Source: a virus (taxonomy: Duplodnaviria; Caudoviricetes). From it: 28,965 bases of DNA. The DNA lies in the IMG/VR virus record IMGVR_UViG_3300016476_000656, positions 1-28,965 of that record; one strand, given 5' to 3'. Within the stretch, counting starts at the first letter, position 1, and each line of letters starts with the position of its first letter. A program made the position numbers and the translations under genes. This document shows, piece after piece, positions 25,289 through 28,965 of the stretch. The notes beneath the pieces were generated by a model that worked only from the letters and a program-made list of their open reading frames with translations, had not been told where the DNA came from and searched no databases.

Positions 25289-25666
25289 TTAGGCGATGGA
25301 CTCGTAGCCGATAGCAGTGACCGTCACGGCGGAATAGCCGCGATTACTGCCCTTCTCTGAGACCTTCGAGACCCATCCCGAGAACGAGGTAGAAGCGGTA
25401 CCTCCAGCGTAGGACGAGGCGGTGTTTACCGTAAGGGAGAAGGCGGAGCCGAGCTGAGGAATCGCCGAGGTCTTCGCGATAAGCTCAACGGAAATCTGTG
25501 TCCGTCGGTCGTCACCGCGCCAAGCGATGGTCATGCCATCCTCGTCCACGATGGTGGCCTCGGAGGTGAACTCGCCGTCGTTGGTGTAGGACTGCACCAC
25601 GGCGTTGGAGACGGTGGCACCGGCAATGCCGTAGATTGCGGTTACCCCTTTGACGATTGCGGCCAT
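25289..25666 (-). CDS. Major tail tube protein (probable)
   Basis: 125 aa beta-rich, FSGWVSKVS...VTVT pattern, has its own late motif. Confidence 0.65.
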   Translation of the reverse strand: MAAIVKGVTAIYGIAGATVSNAVVQSYTNDGEFTSEATIVDEDGMTIAWRGDDRRTQISVELIAKTSAIPQLGSAFSLTVNTASSYAGGTASTSFSGWVSKVSEKGSNRGYSAVTVTAIGYESIA

Positions 25667-25692
25667 ATACCTATTGCTGGCTAGTTCGGGTT
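25666..25692 (-). promoter_or_regulatory. Late-promoter-like motif, copy 2
   Basis: AACCCGAA-CTAGCCAG-CAATAGGTATA; the last A is the A of ATG. Confidence 0.7.
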
Positions 25693-26128
25693 AGGGCTGG
25701 GGGTTCACAACCACCAGCACATCATAGGCAAAGACCGATGCCCAGGAGCGTTCGTTTACCCCCTCGTCCTCGGAGGTAGGGGTGACGTCATAGCAGAGGG
25801 CATCGCCCCCGGCCACGAAGGCGTCCTTGATGAGGTCAAGGTCCTGCATTGCCCCGGCGATCGCGGCGCATCGGGCACGGTGTTCGGTCAGGGTGACGTC
25901 ATCGGCGGAGTCGAACACGGTCACGCGGACCCCGCAGTTGTAGTTGCCGAGGCCATCAGGGAAGTCGTTGGGCAGGCGAGCCGAGTCGCAGAGGACGACG
26001 GCCTTCGGCAGGACGTTCGTATCGGCAGAGTCCCCCGTGTAGAAGTTGACCCCGGCCAGTTCGGACTGGCTGGAGAGGTAGTTGGCGAGGACGGCCTCGA
26101 CGATGTGGCGTGCGGATTTGTAGCCCAT
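25691..26128 (-). CDS. Tail terminator / completion protein (probable)
   Basis: Acidic, about 145 aa, LPKAVV motif, just before the tail tube. ATG 26128. Confidence 0.55.
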   Translation of the reverse strand: MGYKSARHIVEAVLANYLSSQSELAGVNFYTGDSADTNVLPKAVVLCDSARLPNDFPDGLGNYNCGVRVTVFDSADDVTLTEHRARCAAIAGAMQDLDLIKDAFVAGGDALCYDVTPTSEDEGVNERSWASVFAYDVLVVVNPQP

Positions 26129-26135
26129 GGGAAAG

Positions 26136-27098
26136 TTATTTCTTACGGCGGTTTGCTCGTTCGATTGTCTTCTCAAGACGAGCCTGGATGGCCGCCTTCA
26201 TTTGTCGAACGCGATTGCCGTAGACGATGTTCTCGGTGCCTGCCTCGGTTGAGACGTTGTTGATGTTGCCGATAAAGTTCTGCACCGTCATGTTGATGCG
26301 CTTCGGGTTGACGGACTGGCTGAAGACTCCCTGGGATGACCGGACGTTGGCGTCCACCCAAGGGGCGTCGTAGGCACCGTAGTTTCGCTCCTTGCCCTTC
26401 TTATCGACGGACTTGGGCACCTGCCTCATGGCGGCAGCCCATCCTGCCTTGACGCGGCCTACCTTCAGTTGGCGGTTGGCGATGTAGGCGTTCAGGGCTG
26501 ACGTGCTATCGACGAAGTACTGAGGACCGCCGATGGGCTGGTTGCGCTTCCAGCGTCCGTTCACGGCGTTCTTGTACTTGTCGTGGATGCCTCGCAGGTC
26601 GGTGGTAAGCCCGGCGACTGGGCGGTAGGTGCCGTTGATGTTCGCCTTGTTCAGGTAGTTCTTAGCCTTTGCCTGCGCGCGCTGCCAGTTGGTGTCGTCC
26701 ATGATCTTGCGCATGATCGGGGACAGGGAGCGAATCTTGGACTCCGTCACGTCCTGGTGCAGTTGGAAGAACGTCTGGGTGTCGTTGCCCTTGATGGCGT
26801 TGATGATCTGCCGAAGGAACACGGCCTTGGCCTTCACAGGGGAATCCTGCGGGATGAAGATGCGGCGGACATCGTTTCCGAGCTTGTTCTTGCCAGCCTT
26901 CTGGGCGGCCACGCTCAGGCCACGGCCGCCGCCCTTGGGCATGGGAGGGGTGAAGGTCATGGCGTCTCGGCACATCAGCCTGATCTGCTCACGGCCAATC
27001 ATCTCAAGGTCGCCCTGGACTTCCCTGGTGAACTCCTTGAGCATCATCGTGAAATCAATCCACGACTTGGGGTCGATGGCTGGCCGGGTCTTAGCCAT
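26136..27098 (-). CDS. Basic neck/tail-completion protein (HK97 gp10 position)
   Basis: Synteny, very K/R-rich, TPP...G and GRVKAGW motifs. Confidence 0.5.
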   Translation of the reverse strand: MAKTRPAIDPKSWIDFTMMLKEFTREVQGDLEMIGREQIRLMCRDAMTFTPPMPKGGGRGLSVAAQKAGKNKLGNDVRRIFIPQDSPVKAKAVFLRQIINAIKGNDTQTFFQLHQDVTESKIRSLSPIMRKIMDDTNWQRAQAKAKNYLNKANINGTYRPVAGLTTDLRGIHDKYKNAVNGRWKRNQPIGGPQYFVDSTSALNAYIANRQLKVGRVKAGWAAAMRQVPKSVDKKGKERNYGAYDAPWVDANVRSSQGVFSQSVNPKRINMTVQNFIGNINNVSTEAGTENIVYGNRVRQMKAAIQARLEKTIERANRRKK

Positions 27099-27469
27099 TA
27101 CTGGTTATCGTCGATGCACTCGAGCTCGATGACGGCGCTGGCCTGCTTGTAAGCCTGCCCCTTGATGCGTAGGACCTGACCGTTGACCGTCAGTTTCTTC
27201 CCCTCGGCTAGGAAGGCCGCAGGGACGCCGGAGACGATTGTGGCTACCTGACCCCCAACCCGGCCATCAGAAGCCGTCCAAGGGGCCGTGGCGGCGGCGA
27301 AACGCACCGTCCACATCTTCTGGTCCACGAAGCCCCCCGCGTCGAACTTGGGGGTGTTCATCGGGCGGGACAGGGCGACCAGGAACAGGTTGCCGTTGAC
27401 GGTGGCCGGGACGCCTACGTCCGCGAGGATTACCTTCAGGTCTGCGAGAAAGGTCGAGTAGATGCTCAT
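27098..27469 (-). CDS. Head-tail joining / head closure protein (probable)
   Basis: After the capsid gene; GKKLTVNGQVLRI resembles the lambda FII-like pattern. ATG 27469. Confidence 0.55.
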   Translation of the reverse strand: MSIYSTFLADLKVILADVGVPATVNGNLFLVALSRPMNTPKFDAGGFVDQKMWTVRFAAATAPWTASDGRVGGQVATIVSGVPAAFLAEGKKLTVNGQVLRIKGQAYKQASAVIELECIDDNQ

Positions 27470-27488
27470 GGGAGGAAAAGGGGGGTAC

Positions 27489-27513
27489 AAAAAAGCCCCC
27501 ATTGCTGGGGGCT
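27489..27513 (-). terminator. Intrinsic terminator after the major capsid gene
   Basis: AGCCCCCA-GCAA-TGGGGGCT-TTTTT. Confidence 0.9.
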
Positions 27514-27533
27514 GTTCAGAGGCTCAGCCCCGA

Positions 27534-28388
27534 TTAGGGGTTGTAGACCGAGGCGATGGTGCCCGAGGTGATCGCCTTGTTCGCGCCGAACATCAGTTCC
27601 ATGGAGCCGATGACGTTGCGGGTGCTCTTATCGACCCAGACGTTGTAGTAGACGTTCAGGCCGAGACCTTCGACCGGGACGACTTCGCGGACGAGGAAGT
27701 CCGAGCCGACGGCTTCGAGGTCCGGGGCGGCAGCGGCCATCGCGATGGCCTCAGCGGAGCAGGCGAAACCAGCCAGTTTCGATTCGGAGGGGAACTGGGA
27801 AGCGTAGAACACGCCGCCGTCGAAACCGTAGGCACCAGCGGAGAGCGGGAGCGAGGTCGTCGAGGTCGGGATGAGCTGGCTGTAGATGCCCGGGTTCACG
27901 ATGAGGGTCTTGCGACCGGCCTTGGAGACGCCAGCCCAGAGAGCCTTCAGGTTGGCCGAGCCAGGGGTGACGTCCGCGTCAGCGGCGGTGACCGTGGCGG
28001 CGCCGAAGTTGGCGACGGTGATCGGGGCGGTGGCGGCGGCCCAGATGGAGTCCGCGAGCTTGTCCATGTTGATCTTCAGGATCTTCTCGAGGCGGATGCC
28101 GTTCTGGACATCAGCGTAGGAGAGGCCGAAGGGCTGGTAGAGGTGGTTCAGCGTGACGGCGGTGGCGCCGAGGGTGCTGTCGCCGATGCTGTTGAACGAG
28201 GTCGGGTTGGTCAGCGTGGAGCTGCCAGCGGTCGAGAGGGCGACCTGGACGACGTCCTTCGGGCGCTTCACGTCGCCGGAGAAGTCCGAGGCGAAGTTGG
28301 CGAGACCGGCGAGGCGGTTGGCGAGGGAGGTGAGGCTGAGCTCGGCGACGGTATCGACGATCAGAGCGCTGTTGATGGTGTTAGCCAT
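27534..28388 (-). CDS. Major capsid protein (HK97 fold, probable)
   Basis: Follows the scaffold gene, strong codon bias, followed by a terminator. Plausible coat motifs (FASDFS, LIVNPGIYSQL, ELMFG). Confidence 0.8.
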   Translation of the reverse strand: MANTINSALIVDTVAELSLTSLANRLAGLANFASDFSGDVKRPKDVVQVALSTAGSSTLTNPTSFNSIGDSTLGATAVTLNHLYQPFGLSYADVQNGIRLEKILKINMDKLADSIWAAATAPITVANFGAATVTAADADVTPGSANLKALWAGVSKAGRKTLIVNPGIYSQLIPTSTTSLPLSAGAYGFDGGVFYASQFPSESKLAGFACSAEAIAMAAAAPDLEAVGSDFLVREVVPVEGLGLNVYYNVWVDKSTRNVIGSMELMFGANKAITSGTIASVYNP

Positions 28389-28415
28389 GAGTGTTTATTG
28401 GGTGGAGGTGAAAGA

Positions 28416-28965
28416 TTATTTGGCGGCGAAGAGGACGGCCTTGTGCTTCTTGAAGAACGCACGGCGCTCAGGACCGGCAGGCATCGCGGCGTACTGCTCG
28501 GAGAGCGAGAGCGCGGCGGCTTCGGCGGTGCCGACGGCCTTGACCGGCTCGACGCCCGAGGAGGCGAGGATGGCGGCGGCTTCCTTGGCACCGGACTGGG
28601 CGGACGCTTCGAGAGCGGCGACCTTGGCGTTGGCTTCTTCCAGCTTGGCGGTGAGTTCAGCCAGGGCGGAGTCCTTCGCGGCGATGGTCACCTTGGCGGC
28701 GTCCAGTTCGGCGGAGACGTTGACGGCGGCGGCTTCGACGCTCTTGCGGAGGTCGTCGCGCTCGGCGGTCAGGGAGATGATCGCGGCCTCGGCGGCCTTG
28801 AAGCGTTCTTCGATGGTGTTAGCCATGGTATAACTATTGCGGGGCAGTTCGGGTTGGATGGCTTTCGCGTCCTCGTCTTCGAGGCGTGAGGCTTCGGCTT
28901 CAGCCCACTTTGCCGTGCGCATGATGTCGCCAGAAGTGGGTCCACCCCAGAGCGCCCAAGCCACG
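28416..28965 (-). CDS. 3' end of a head maturation protein; scaffold domain from internal ATG 28826
   Basis: Open from the window edge (AWALWGG module). Ala/Glu/Lys coiled coil and C-terminal ERRAFFKKHK capsid-binding-like helix. Confidence 0.7.
   Translation of the reverse strand, partial: VAWALWGGPTSGDIMRTAKWAEAEASRLEDEDAKAIQPELPRNSYTMANTIEERFKAAEAAIISLTAERDDLRKSVEAAAVNVSAELDAAKVTIAAKDSALAELTAKLEEANAKVAALEASAQSGAKEAAAILASSGVEPVKAVGTAEAAALSLSEQYAAMPAGPERRAFFKKHKAVLFAAK
28829..28855 (-). promoter_or_regulatory. Late-promoter-like motif, copy 3 (intragenic)
   Basis: AACCCGAA-CTGCCCCG-CAATAGTTATA then CC-ATG. Confidence 0.7.

Overview
Most of a small, GC-rich tailed (lambdoid-type, siphovirus-like) phage genome. 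The window starts inside the large terminase gene and ends inside a head maturation/scaffold gene, so the portal region lies outside it. Order: packaging (terL, terS, probable cos), an HTH regulator, an iteron/AT-rich origin, primase-helicase, VRR-NUC nuclease and SF2 helicase (minus strand). A divergent plus-strand early operon starts with a bacterial-type histone-fold gene and ends with a secreted muramidase-like gene. Minus-strand blocks follow: nucleotide metabolism, ligase-RecE-RecT, lysis, tail and head. No integrase, clear repressor, tRNA or CRISPR was seen. The main finding is a candidate RNA regulon. A (T)CCCGCAC box lies 0-4 nt before the start codons of six early genes (a seventh has a partial copy). 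Its reverse complement lies in the apical hairpin of a predicted ~75-nt small RNA (about 10807-10884) with its own promoter and terminator. A second motif, AACCCGAA-N8-CAATAGKTATA, precedes three structural genes and looks like a late promoter. All calls come from reading motifs by eye; no database searches were run.
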